Positions 12,290 through 24,700 of a DNA stretch of 64,000 bases are shown piece after piece (positions within the stretch are counted from its first letter, which is position 1; the number at the start of each line of letters is the position of its first letter). The stretch is from the NCBI GenBank assembly GCA_964016885.1, contig OZ024744.1, positions 129,766,001 to 129,830,000 of the forward strand, given 5' to 3'. The position numbers and the translations under genes are program-made. A model generated the notes under the pieces. That model saw only the letters and a list, made by a program, of their open reading frames with translations, was not told the DNA's origin and did not search any database. The stretch is from Eledone cirrhosa. Its lineage: Eukaryota.

Positions 12290-15200
12290 GGGGGTAAGTT
12301 AAGTTGGGGTTAAGTTAAGTTGGGGTTAAGTTAAGTTGGGGTTAAGTTAAGTTAGGCTTAACTTAAGTTGGGGTTAAGTTAAGTTGGGGGTGAGTTAAGT
12401 TGGGGGTAAGTTAAGTTGGGGTTAAGTTAAGTTGGGGGTAAGTTAATTTGGGGTTGAGTTAAGTTGGGGTTAAGTTAAGTGGTGGTTATGTTAAGTTGGG
12501 GTTAAGTTAAGTTGGGGTTAATTTAAATTGGGGTTAATTTAACTTTGTTGTTAAGTTAAGTTGGGGTTAATTTAAGTTGGGGTTAAGTTAAGTTGGGGTT
12601 GAGTTAAGTTAGGGTTGAGTGAAGTTGGGGTTAAGTTAAGTTGGGGTTAAATTAAGTTGGGGTTAAGTTAAGTTGGGGTTAATTTAAGTTGGGGTTAAGT
12701 TAAGTTGGGGTTAAGTTAATTTGTGGTTAAGTTAAGTTGGGGTTAAGTTAAGTTGGGGTTAAATTCAGTCGGGGTTAAGTTAAGTCGGGGTTAAGTTACG
12801 TTGGGGTTAAGTTAAGTTGGGGTTAAGTTAAGTTGGGGTTGAGTTAAGTTGGGGTTAAGTTAAGTTGGGGTTAAAATAAGTTGGGGTTAAGTTAAGTTGG
12901 GGTTGAGTTAAGTTGGGGTTGAGTGAAGTTGGGGTTAAGTTACGTTGGGGTTAAATTAAGTTGGGGTTAAGTTAAGTTGGGGGTAAGATAAGTTGGGGTT
13001 AGTTAAGTTGCGGTTAAGTTAAGTTGGGGTTAAGTTAAGTTGGGGTTAAGTTAAGTTGGGGTTAAGTTAAGTTGGGGTTAATTTAAGTTGGGGTTAAGTT
13101 AAGTTGGGGTTAATTTAAGTTGGGGTTAATTTAAGTTGGGGTTAAGTTAAGTTGGGGTTAAGTTAAGTTGGGGTAAAGTTAAGTTGGGGGTAAGTTAAGT
13201 TGGGGTTAAGTTAAGTTGGGGTTAAGTTGGGGTTAAGTTAAGTTAGGGTTAACTTAAGTTGGGGTTGTGTTAAGTGGTGGTTATGTTAAGTGGTGGTTAT
13301 GTTAAGTTGGGGTTAAGTTAAATTGGGGTTAAGTTAAGTTGCGGTTAAGTTAAGTTGGGGTTAAGTTAAGTTGGGGTTAAGTTAATTAGGGTTAAGTTAA
13401 GTTGGGGTTAAGTTAAGTTGGGGTTAAGTTAATTTGTTGTTAAGTTAAGTTGGGGTTAAGTTAAGTTGAGGTTAAGTTAAGTTGGGGATAAGTTAAGTTG
13501 GGGATAAGTTAAGTTGGGGTTAATTAAGTTGGGTTTATTTAAGTTGGGGTTAAGTTAAGTTGGGGTTAAGTTAAGTTGGGGTTAAGTTAAGTTGGTTAGT
13601 TAAGTTGAGTTTAAGTTAAGTTGGGGTTAATTTAAGTTGGGGTTAAGTTAAGTTGGGGTTAAGTTAAGTTGGGGTTAAGTTAAGTTGGGGTTAAGTTAAG
13701 TTGGGGTTCAGTTAAGTTGGGGTTAAGTTAAGTTGGGGTTAAGTTGGGGTAAAATTAAGTTGGGGTTAAGTTAAGTTGGGGTTAAGTTAAGTTGGGGTTA
13801 AGTTAAGTTGCGGTTAAGTTAAGTTGAGGTTAAGTTAAGTTGGAGTTAAGTTAAGTTGGGGTTAAGTTAAGTTGGGGCTAAGTTAAGTTGGGGCTAAGTT
13901 AAGTTGGGGCTAAGTTAAGTTGGGGTTAAGTTAACTTTGGGTTAAGTTAAGTTGGGTTTGAGTTAAGTTGGGGTTAATTAAGTTGGGGTTAAGTTAAGTT
14001 GGGGTTAAGTTAAGTTGGGGGTAAGTTAAGTTGGGGTTAAGTTAAGTTGGGGTTAAGTTAAGTTGGGGTTAAGTTAAGTTAGGCTTAACTTAAGTTGGGG
14101 TTAAGTTAAGTTGGGGGTGAGTTAAGTTGGGGGTAAGTTAAGTTGGGGTTAAGTTAAGTTGGGGGTAAGTTAATTTGGGGTTGAGTTAAGTTGGGGTTAA
14201 GTTAAGTGGTGGTTATGTTAAGTTGGGGTTAAGTTAAGTTGGGGTTAATTTAAATTGGGGTTAATTTAACTTTGTTGTTAAGTTAAGTTGGGGTTAATTT
14301 AAGTTGGGGTTAAGTTAAGTTGGGGTTGAGTTAAGTTGGGGTTGAGTGAAGTTGGGGTTAAGTTAAGTTGGGGTTAAATTAAGTTGGGGTTAAGTTAAGT
14401 TGGGGTTAATTTAAGTTGGGGTTAAGTTAAGTTGGGGTTAAGTTAATTTGTGGTTAAGTTAAGTTGGGGTTAAGTTAAGTTGGGGTTAAATTCAGTCGGG
14501 GTTAAGTTAAGTCGGGGTTAAGTTACGTTGGGGTTAAGTTAAGTTGGGGTTAAGTTAAGTTGGGGTTGAGTTAAGTTGGGGTTAAGTTAAGTTGGGGTTA
14601 AAATAAGTTGGGGTTAAGTTAAGTTGGGGTTGAGTTAAGTTGGGGTTGAGTGAAGTTGGGGTTAAGTTACGTTGGGGTTAAATTAAGTTGGGGTTAAGTT
14701 AAGTTGGGGGTAAGTTAAGTTGGGGTTAGTTAAGTTGCGGTTAAGTTAAGTTGGGGTTAAGTTAAGTTGGGGTTAAGTTAAGTTGGGGTTAAGTTAAGTT
14801 GGAGTTAATTTAAGTTGGGGTTAAGTTAAGTTGGGGTTAAGTTAAGTTGGGGTAAAGTTAAGTTGGGGGTAAGTTAAGTTGGGGTTAAGTTAAGTTGGGG
14901 TTAAGTTGGGGTTAAGTTAAGTTAGGGTTAACTTAAGTTGGGGTTGTGTTAAGTGGTGGTTATGTTAAGTGGTGGTTATGTTAAGTTGGGGTTAAGTTAA
15001 ATTGGGGTTAAGTTAAGTTGCGGTTAATTTAAGTTGGGGTTAAGTTAAGTTGGGGTTAAGTTAATTAGGGTTAAGTTAAGTTGGGGTTAAGTTAAGTTGG
15101 GGTTAAGTTAATTTGTTGTTAAGTTAAGTTGGGGTTAAGTTAAGTTGGGGTTAAGTTAAGTTGGGGATAAGTTAAGTTGGGGATAAGTTAAGTTGGGGTT

Positions 15201-15700
15201 AATTAAGTTGGGTTTATTTAAGTTGGGGTTAAGTTAAGTTGGGGTTAAGTTAAGTTGGGGTTAAGTTAAGTTGGTTAGTTAAGTTGAGTTTAAGTTAAGT
15301 TGGGGTTAATTTAAGTTGGGGTTAAGTTAAGTTGGGGTTAAGTTAAGTTGGGGTTAAGTTAAGTTGGGGTTAAGTTAAGTTGGGGTTCAGTTAAGTTGGG
15401 GTTAAGTTAAGTTGGGGTTAAGTTGGGGTAAAATTAAGTTGGGGTTAAGTTAAGTTGGGGTTAAGTTAAGTTGGGGTTAAGTTAAGTTGCGGTTAAGTTA
15501 AGTTGAGGTTAAGTTAAGTTGGAGTTAAGTTAAGTTGGGGTTAAGTTAAGTTGGGGCTAAGTTAAGTTGGGGCTAAGTTAAGTTGGGGCTAAGTTAAGTT
15601 GGGGTTAAGTTAACTTTGGGTTAAGTTAAGTTGGGTTTGAGTTAAGTTGGGGTTAATTAAGTTGGGGTTAAGTTAAGTTGGGGTTAAGTTAAGTTGGGGT
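12290..15700 (+). repeat. 1727-bp tandem duplication nested in the 6.8 kb unit (second copy)
   Basis: TTAGGCTTAAC at 12357 and 14084 (offset 1727), with the same variant order as 5525-8930. Confidence 0.88.
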
Positions 15701-18700
15701 TAAGTTAAGTTGGGGTTAAGTTAAGTTGCGGTTAAGTTAAGTTGAGGTTAAGTTAAGTTGGGGTTAAGTTAAGTTGGGGCTAAGTTAAGTTGGAGCTAAG
15801 TTAAGTTGGGGCTAAGTTAAGTTGGGGTTAAGTTAAGTTGGGGTTAAGTTAAGGTGGGGTTAAGTTAAGTTGGGGTCAACTTAAGTTGGGGTTAAGTTAA
15901 GTTGGGGTTAACTTAAGTTGGGGTTAAATTAAGTTGGGGTTAAGTTAAGTTGGGGTTAAGTTAAGTTGGGGTTAAGTTAAGTTGGGGGTCAGTTAAGTTG
16001 GTGGTAAGTTAAGTTGGGGGTAAGTTAAGATGGGGTAAAGTTAAGTTGGGGTTAATTTAATTTGGGGTTAAGTTAAGTTAGGGTTAAGTTAAGTTGGGGT
16101 TGAGTTAAGTTGGGGTTAAGTTAAGTTGGGGTTATGTTAAGTGGGGGTTAAGTTAAGTTGGGGTTAAGTTAAGTTGGGGTTCAATTAAGTTGCGGATAAT
16201 TTAAGTTGGGGTTAAGTTAAGTTGGGGTTAAGTTAAGTTGGGGTTAAGTTAAGTTGGGGTTAAATTAAGTTGGGGTTAAATTAAGTTGGGGTTAAGTTAA
16301 GTTGGGGTTATGTTAAGTTGGTGTTAAGTTAAGTTGGGGTTAAGTTAAGTTGGGGTTAAGTTAGGTTGGTGTTAATTTAAGTTGGGGGTAAGTTAAGTTG
16401 GGGGTAAGTTAAGTTGGTGTTAAGTTAAGTTGGGGTTAAGTTAAGTTGGGGTTAAGTTAAGTTGGGTTTAAGTTAAGTTGGGGCTAAGTTAAGTTAGGGC
16501 TAAGTTAAGTTGGGGTTAAGTAAAGTTAGGGCTAAGTTAAGTTGGGGTTAAGTTAAGTTGGGGTTAATTTAAGTTGGGGTTACATTAAGTTGAGGTTAAG
16601 TTAAGTTGTGGTTAAGTTAAGTTAGGGTTAATTTAAGTTAGGGTTATGTTAAGTTGGGGTTAAGTTAAGTTGGGGTTAAGTTAGGTTGGTGTTAAGTTAA
16701 GTTGGGGTTAAGTTAATTTGTGGTTAAGTTAAGTTGGGGTTAAGTTAAGTTGGGGTTAAGTTAAGTTGGGGTTAAAATAAGTTGGGGTTAAGTTAAGTTG
16801 GGGTTGAGTTAAGTTGGGGTTGAGTTAATTTGGGGTTAAGTTAAGTTGGGGTTAACTTAAGTTGGGTTTAATTTAAGTTGAGGTTAATTTAAGTTGGGGT
16901 TAAATTAAGTTGGGGTTAAGTTAAGTTGGGGGTAAGATAAGTTGCGGTTAGTTAAGTTGCGGTTAAGTTAAGTTGGGGTAAAGTTAAGTTGGGGTTAAGT
17001 TAAGTTGGGGTTAAGTTAAGTTGGGGTTAAGTTAAGTTCGGGTTAATTTAAGTTGGGGTTAAGTTAAGTTGGGGTTAATTTAAGTTGGGGTTAATTTAAG
17101 TTGGGGTCAAGTTAAGTTGGGGTTAAGTTAAGTTGGGGTAAAGTTAAGTTGGGGTTAAGTTAAGTTGGGGTTAAGTTAAGTTGGGGTTAAGTTGGGGTTA
17201 AGTTAAGTTAGGGTTAACTTAAGTTGGGGTTGTGTTAAGTGGTGGTTATGTTAAGTGGTGGTTATGTTAAGTTGGGGTTAAGTTAAGTTGTGGTTAAGTT
17301 AAATTGGGGTTAAGTTAAGTTGCGGTTAATTTAAGTTGGGGTTAAGTTAAGTTGGGGTTAAGTTAATTAGGGTTAAGTTAAGTTGGGCTTAAGTTAAGTT
17401 GGGGTTAAGTTAAGTTGGGGTTAAGTTAAGTCGGGGTTAAGTTGGGGTTAAGTTAAGTTAGGGTTAACTTAAGTTGGGGTTGTGTTAAGTGGTGGTTATG
17501 TTAAGTGGTGGTTATGTTAAGTTGGGGTTAAGTTAAGTTGTGGTTAAGTTAAATTGGGGTTAAGTTAAGTTGCGGTTAATTTAAGTTGGGGTTAAGTTAA
17601 GTTGGGGTTAAGTTAATTAGGGTTAAGTTAAGTTGGGGTTAAGTTAAGTTGGGGTTAAGTTAAGTTGGGGTTAAGTTAAGTCGGGGTTAATTTAAGTTGG
17701 GGTTAAGTTAAGTTGAGGTTAAAGTTAAGTAGGGGTTAAATTATGTTGGGGTTAAGTTAAGTTGGGGATAAGTTAAGTTGGGGATAAGTTAAGTTGGGGT
17801 TAATTAAGTTGGGTTTAAGTTAACTTGGGGTTAAGTTAAGTTGGGGTTAAGTTAAGTTGGGGTTAAGTTAAGTTGGTTAGTTAAGTTGAGTTTAAGTTAA
17901 GTTGGGCTTAATTTAAGTTGGGGTTAAGTTAAGTTGGGGTTAAGTTAAGTTGGGGTTAAGTTAAGTTGGGGTTAAGTTAAGTTGGGGTTCAGTTAAGTTG
18001 GGGTTAATTTAAGTTGGGGTTAAGTTGGGGTAAAGTTAAGTTGGGGTTAAGTTAAGTTGGGGTTAAGTTAAGTTGGGGTTAAGTTAAGTTGGGGTTAAGT
18101 TAAGTTGCGGTTAAGTTAAGTTGAGGTTAAGTTAAGTTGGGGTTAAGTTAAGTTGGGGTTAAGTTAAGTTGGGGCTAAGTTAAGTTGGGGCTAAGTTAAG
18201 TTGGGGCTAAGTTAAGTTGGGGTTAAGTTAACTTTGGGTTAAGTTAAGTTGGGTTTGAGTTAAGTTGGGGTTAATTAAGTTGGGGTTAAGTTAAGTTGGG
18301 GTTAAGTTAAGTTGGGGTTAAGTTAAGTTGGGGTTAAGTTAAGTTGGGGCTAAGTTAAGTTGGGGCTAAGTTAAGTTGGGGCTAAGTTAAGTTGGGGTTA
18401 AGTTAAGGTGGGGTTCAGTTAAGTTGGGGTCAACTTAAGTTGGGGTTAAGTTAAGTTGGGGTTAAGTTAAGTTGGAGTTAAGTTTAGTTGGGGTTAAGTT
18501 AAGTTGGGGTTACGTTAAGTTGGGGGTAAGTTAAGTTGGTGGTAAGTTAAGTTGGGGGTAAGTTAAGATGGGGTTAAGTTAAGTTGGGGTTAATTTAAGT
18601 TGGGGTTAAGTTAAGTTGGGGTTAAGTTAAGTTGGGGTTAAGTTAAGTTGGGGTTAAGTTAAGTTGGGGTTAAATTAACTTGGGGTTAAATTAAGTTGGG

Positions 18701-18799
18701 GTTCAGTTAAGTTGGGGTTATGTTAAGTTGGTGTTAAGTTAAGTTGGGGTTAAGTTAAGTTGGGGTTAAGTTAAGTTGGGGTTAAGTTAAGTTGGGGTT

Positions 18800-21700
18800 A
18801 ATTTAAGTTGGGGTTACATTAAGTTGATGTTAAGTTAAGTTGGGGTTAAGTTAAGTTGGGGTTAAGTTAAGTTGGGGTTAAATTAAGTTGGGGTTAAATT
18901 AAGTTGGGGTTAAGTTAAGTTGGGGTTAAGTTAGGTTGGTGTTAAGTTAAGTTGGGGTTAAGTTAATTTGTGGTTAAGTTAAGTTGGGGTTAAGTTAAGT
19001 TGGGGTTAAGTTCAGTCGGGGTTAAGTTAAGTCGGGGTTAAGTTAAGTTGGGGTTAAATTAAGTTGCGGTTAAGTTAAGTTGGGGTTACGTTAAGTTGGG
19101 GTTAAGTTAATTAGGGTTAAGTTAAGTTGGGGTTAAGTTAAGTTGGGGTTAAGTTAAGTTGGGGTTAAGTTAAGTTGGGTTTAAGTTAAGTTGGGGCTAA
19201 GTTAAGTTAGGGCTAAGTTAAGTTGGGGTTAAGTTAAGTTGGGGTTAATTTAAGTTGGGGTTACATTAAGTTGAGGTTAAGTTAAGTTGTGGTTAAGTTA
19301 AGTTAGGGTTAATTTAAGTTAGGGTTATGTTAAGTTGGAGTTAAGTTAAGTTGGGGTTAAGTTAGGTTGGTGTTAAGTTAAGTTGGGGTTAAGTTAATTT
19401 GTGGTTAAGTTAAGTTGGGGTTAAGTTAAGTTGGGGTTAAGTTCAGTCGGGGTTAATTTAAGTCGGGGTTAAGTTAAGTTGGGGTTAAGTTAAGTTGGGG
19501 TTAAGTTAAGTTGGGGTTGAGTTAAGTTGGGGTTAAGTTAAGGTGGGGTTAAAATAAGTTGGGGTTAAGTTAAGTTGGGGTTGAGTTAAGTTGGGGTTGA
19601 GTTAATTTGGGGTTAAGTTAAGTTGGGGTTAACTTAAGTTGGGTTTAATTTAAGTTGGGGTTAATTTAAGTTGGGGTTAAATTAAGTTGGGGTTAAATTA
19701 AGTTGGGGTTAAGTTAAGTTGGGGGTAAGATAAGTTGGGGTTAGTTAAGTTGCGGTTAAGTTAAGTTGGGGTTAAGTTAAGTTGGGGTTAATTTAAGTTG
19801 GGGTTAATTTAAGTTGGGGTTAAGTTAAGTTGGGGTTAATTTAAGTTGGGGTTAATTTAAGTTGGGGTTAAGTTAAGTTGGGGTTAAGTTAAGTTGGGGT
19901 AAAGTTAAGTTGGGGTTAAGTTAAGTTGGGGTTAAGTTAAGTTGGGGTTAAGTTGGGGTTAAGTTAAGTTAGGGTTAACTTAAGTTGGGGTTGTGTTAAG
20001 TGGTGGTTATGTTAAGTGGTGGTTATGTTAAGTTGGGGTTAAGTTAAGTTGGGGTTAAGTTAAATTGGGGTTAAGTTAAGTCGCGGTTAAGTTAAGTTGG
20101 GGTTAAGTTAAGTTGGGGTTAAGTTAATTAGGGTTAAGTTAAGTTGGGGTTAAGTTAAGTTGGGGTTAAGTTAAGTTGGGGTTAAGTTAAGTTGGGGTTA
20201 AGTTAAGTTGGGGTTAAGATAAGTTGGGGTTAAGTTAAGTCGGGGTTAAGTTAAGTTAGGGTTAAGTTAAGTTGGGGTTAATTTAAGTTGGGGTTAAGTT
20301 AAGTTGGGGTTAAGTTAAGTTGGGGTTAAGTTAAGTTGAGGTTAAAGTTAAGTAGGGGTTAAATTATGTTGGGGTTAAGTTAAGTTGGGGTTAAGTTAAG
20401 TTGGGGTTAAGTTAAGTTGGGGATAAGTTAAGTTGGGGATAAGTTAAGTTGGGGTTAATTAAGTTGGGTTTAAGTTAAGTTGGGGTTAAGTTAAGTTGGG
20501 GTTAAGTTAAGTTGGGGTTAAGTTAAGTCGGTTAGTTAAGTTGAGTTTAAGTTAAGTTGGGCTTAATTTAAGTTGGGGTTAAGTTAAGTTGGGGTTAAGT
20601 TAAGTTGGGGTTAAGTTAAGTTGGGGTTAAGTTAAGTTGGGGTTCAGTCAAGTTGGGGTTAAGTTAAGTTGGGGTTAAGTTGGGGTAAAATTAAGTTGGG
20701 GTTAAGTTAAGTTGGGGTTAAGTTAAGTTGGGGTTAAGTTAAGTTGGGGTTAAGTTAAGTTGCGGTTAAGTTAAGTTGAGGTTAAATTAAGTTGGGGTTA
20801 AGTTAAGTTGGGGTTAATTTAAGTTGGGGCTAAGTTAAGTTGGGGCTAAGTTAAGTTGGGGCTAAGTTAAGTTGGGGTTAAGTTAACTTTGGGTTAAGTT
20901 AAGTTGGGTTTGAGTTAAGTTGGGGTTAATTAAGTTGGGGTTAAGTTAAGTTGGGGTTAAGTTAAGTTGGGGTTAAGTTAAGTTGGTGTTAAGTTAAGTT
21001 GCGGTTAAGTTAAGTTGATGTTAAGTTAAGTTGGGGTTAAGTTAAGTTGGGGTTAAGTTAAGTTGGGGCTAAGTTAAGTTGGGGCTAAGTTAAGTTGGGG
21101 CTAAGTTAAGTTGGGGTTAAGTTAAGGTGGGGTTAAGTTAAGTTGGGGTTAATTTAATTTGGGGTTAAGTTAAGTTAGGGTTAAGTTAAGTTGGGGTTAT
21201 GTTAAGTTGGGGTTAAGTTAAGTTGGGGTTAAGTTAAGTTGGGGTTCAATTAAGTTGCGGTTAATTTAAGTTGGGTTTAAGTTAAGTTGGGGTTCAGTTA
21301 AGTTGGGGTTATGTTAAGTTGGTGTTAAGTTAAGTTGGGGTTAAGTTAAGTTGGGGTTAAGTTAAGTTGGGGTTAAGTTAGGTTGGTGTTAAGTTAAGTT
21401 GGCGGTAAGTTAAGTTGGGGGTAAGTTAAGTTGGTGTTAAGTTATGTTGGGGTTAAGTTAAGTTGGGGTTAAGTTAAGTTGGGTTTAAGTTAAGTTGGGG
21501 CTAAGTTAAGTTAGGGCTAAGTTAAGTTGGGGTTAAGTAAAGTTAGGGCTAAGTTAAGTTGGGGTTAAGTTAAGTTGGGGTTAATTTAAGTTGAGGTTAC
21601 ATTAAGTTGAGGTTAAGTTAAGTTGGGGTTAAGTTAAGTTGGGTTTAAGTTAAGTTGGGGCTAAGTTAAGTTAGGGCTAAGTTAAGTTGGGGCTGAGTTA

Positions 21701-24700
21701 AGTTGGGGTTAAGTTAAGTTGGGGTTGAGTTAAGTTGGGGTTAAGTTAAGTTGGGGTTAAGTTAAGTTGGGGTTAAGTTAAGTTGGGGCTGAGTTAAGTT
21801 GGGGTTACGTTAAGTTGGGGTTAAGGTAAGTTGGGGTTAAGTTAAGTTCGGGTTAAGTTAAGTTGGTGTTAAGTTAAGTTGGGGCTGAGTTAAGTTGGGG
21901 CTAAGTTAAGTTGGGTCTAAGTTAAGTTGGGGTTAAGTTAAGTTGGGGTTAAGTTAAGTTGGTGTTAAATTAAGTTGGGGTTAAGTTAAGTTGGTGTTAA
22001 GTTAAGTTGGGGTTAAGTTAAGTTGGGGTTAATTAAGTTGGGGTTAAGTTAAGTTGGGGTTAAGTTAATTGGGGTTAAATTAGGTTAGGGTTGAGTTAAG
22101 TTGGGGTTAAGTTAAGTTGGGGTTATATTAAGTTGGGGTTAAGTTAAGTTGGGGTTAAGTAAAGTTGGGGTTCAGTTAAGTTGCGGTTAAGTTAAGTTGG
22201 GGTTAAGTTAAGTTAGGCTTAACTTAAGTTGGGGTTAAGTTAAGTTGGGGTGAGTTAAGTTGGGGGTAAGTTAAGTTGGGGTTAAGTTAAGTTGGGGTTA
22301 AGTTGGGGTTAAGTTAATTTAGGGTTAAGTTAAGTTGGGGTTGAGTTAAGTTGGGGTTAAGTTAAGTGGTGGTTATGTTAAGTTGGGGTTAAATTAAGTT
22401 GGGGTTAATTTAAATTGGGGTTAATTTAACTTTGTGGTTAAGTTAAGTTGGGGTTAATTTAAGTTGGGGTTAAGTTAAGTTGGGGTTAATTTAATTTGTG
22501 GTTAAGTTAAGTTGGGGTTAAGTTAAGTTGGGCTTGAGTTAAGCTGGGGTTAAGTTAAGTTGGGGTTAAAATAAGTTGGGGTTAAGTTAAGTTGGGGTTG
22601 AGTTAAGTTGGGGTTGAGTTAATTCGGGGTTAAGTTAAGTTGGGGTTAACTTAAGTTGGGTTTAATTTAAGTTGGGGTTAAGTTAAGTTGGGGTTATAAT
22701 TAAGTTGGGGTTAAGTTAAGTTGGGGGTAAGATAAGTTGGGGTTAGTTAAGTTGCGGTTAAGTTAAGTTGGGGTTAAGTTAAGTTGGGGTTAAGTTAAGT
22801 TGGGGTTAAGTTAATTTGGGGTTAAATTAAGTTGGGGTTAATTTAAGTTGGGGTAAAGTTAAGTTGGGGGTAAGTTAAGTTGGGGTTAAGTTAAGTTGGG
22901 GTTAAGTTGGGGTTAAGTTAAGTTAGGGTTAACTTAAGTTGGGGTTGTGTTAAGTGGTGGTTATGTTAAGTGGTGGTTATGTTAAGTTGGGGTTAAGTTA
23001 AGTTGGGGTTAAGTTAAATTGGGGTTAAGTTAAGTTGCGGTTAAGTTAAGTTGGGGTTAAGTTAAGTTGGGGATAAGTTAATTAGGGTTAAGTTAAGTTG
23101 GGGTTAAGTTAAGTTGGGGTTAAGTTAAGTTGGGGTTAAGTTAATTTGTGGTTAAGTTAAGTTGGGGTTAAGTTAAGTTGGGGTTAAGTTAAGTTGGGGA
23201 TAAGTTAAGTTGAGGATAAGTTAAGTTGGGGTTAATTAAGTTGGCTTTAAGTTAAGTTGGAGCTAAGTTAAGTTGGGGTTCAGTTAAGTTGGGGTTAAGT
23301 TAAGTTGGGGTTAAGTTAAGTTGCGGTTAAGTTAAATTGCCGTTAAGTTAAGTTGAGGTTAAGTTAAGTTGGGGTTAAGTTAAGTTGGGGTTAAATTAAG
23401 TTGGCTTTAAGTTAAGTTGGGGTTAAGTTAAGTTGGGGTTAAGTTAAGTTGGGGTTAAGTTAAGTTGGTTAGTTAAGTTGAGTTTAAGTTAAGTTGGGGT
23501 TAATTTAAGTTGGGGTTAAGTTAAGTTGGGGTTAAGTTAAGTTTGGGTTAAGTTAAGTTGGGGTTCAGTTAAGTTGGGGTTAAGTTAAGTTGGGGTTAAG
23601 TTGGGGTAAAATTAAGTTGGGGTTAAGTTAAGTTGCGGTTAAGTTAAGTTGAGGTTAAGTTAAGTTGGGGTTAAGTTAAGTTGGGGTTAAGTTAAGTTGG
23701 GGCTAAGTTAAGTTGGAGCTAAGTTAAGTTGGGGCTAAGTTAAGTTGGGGTTAAGTTAAGTTGGGGTTAAGTTAAGGTGGGGTTAAGTTAAATTGGGGTC
23801 AACTTAAGTTGGGGTTAATTTAAGTTGGGGTTAACTTAAGTTGGGGTTAAGTTAAGTTGGGGTTAAGTTAAGTTGGGGTTAAGTTAAGTTGGGGTTACGT
23901 TAAGTTGGGGGTAAGTTAAGTTGGTGGTAAGTTAAGTTGGGGGTAAGTTAAGATGGGGTTAAGTTAAGTTGGGGTTAATTTAATTTGGGTTTAAGTTAAG
24001 TTAGGGTTAAGTTAAGTTGGGGTTGAGTTAAGTTGGGGTTAAGTTAAGTTGGGGTTATGTTAAGTTGGGGTTAAGTTAAGTTGGGGTTAAGTTAAGTTGG
24101 GGCTCAATTAAGTTGCGGTTAATTTAAGTTGGGGTTAAGTTAAGTTGGGGTTAAGTTAAGTTGGGGTTAAGTTAAGTTGGGGTTAAATTAAGTTGGGGTT
24201 AAATTAAGTTGGGGTTAAGTTAAGTTGGGGTTATGTTAAGTTGGTGTTAAGTTAAGTTGGTGTTAATTTAAGTTGGGGTTAAGTTAAGTTGGGGTTAAGT
24301 TAAGTTGGTTAGTTAAGTTGAGTTTAAGTTAAGTTGGGGTTAATTTAAGTTGGGGTTAAGTTAAGTTGGGGTTAAGTTAAGTTGGGGTTAAGTTAAGTTG
24401 GGGTTCAGTTAAGTTGGGGTTAAGTTAAGTTGGGGTTAAGTTAAGTTGCGGTTAAGTTAAGTTGCCGTTAAGTTAAGTTGAGGTTAAGTTAAGTTGGGGT
24501 TAAGTTAAGTTGGGGTTAAGTTAAGTTGGGGCTAAGTTAAGTTGGGGCTAAGTTAAGTTGGGGCTAAGTTAAGTTGGGGTTAAGTTAACTTTGGGTTAAG
24601 TTAAGTTGGGTTTGAGTTAAGTTGGGGTTAATTAAGTTGGGGTTAAGTTAAGTTGGGGTTAAGTTAAGTTGGGGTTAAGTTGGGGTTAAGTTAAGTTGCG

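Larger units (their letters stand above)
4225..17830 (+). repeat. Tandem duplication of a ~6.8 kb higher-order unit (about 4225-11000 and 11001-17830)
   Basis: Marker offsets: GTCAAC 4243/11019 (6776), AGGGTCGAG 4846/11606 (6760), AATCGAGG 5299/12064 (6765), TTAACTTGGGG 10995/17824 (6829). Junction lies near 11001-11017. Confidence 0.92.
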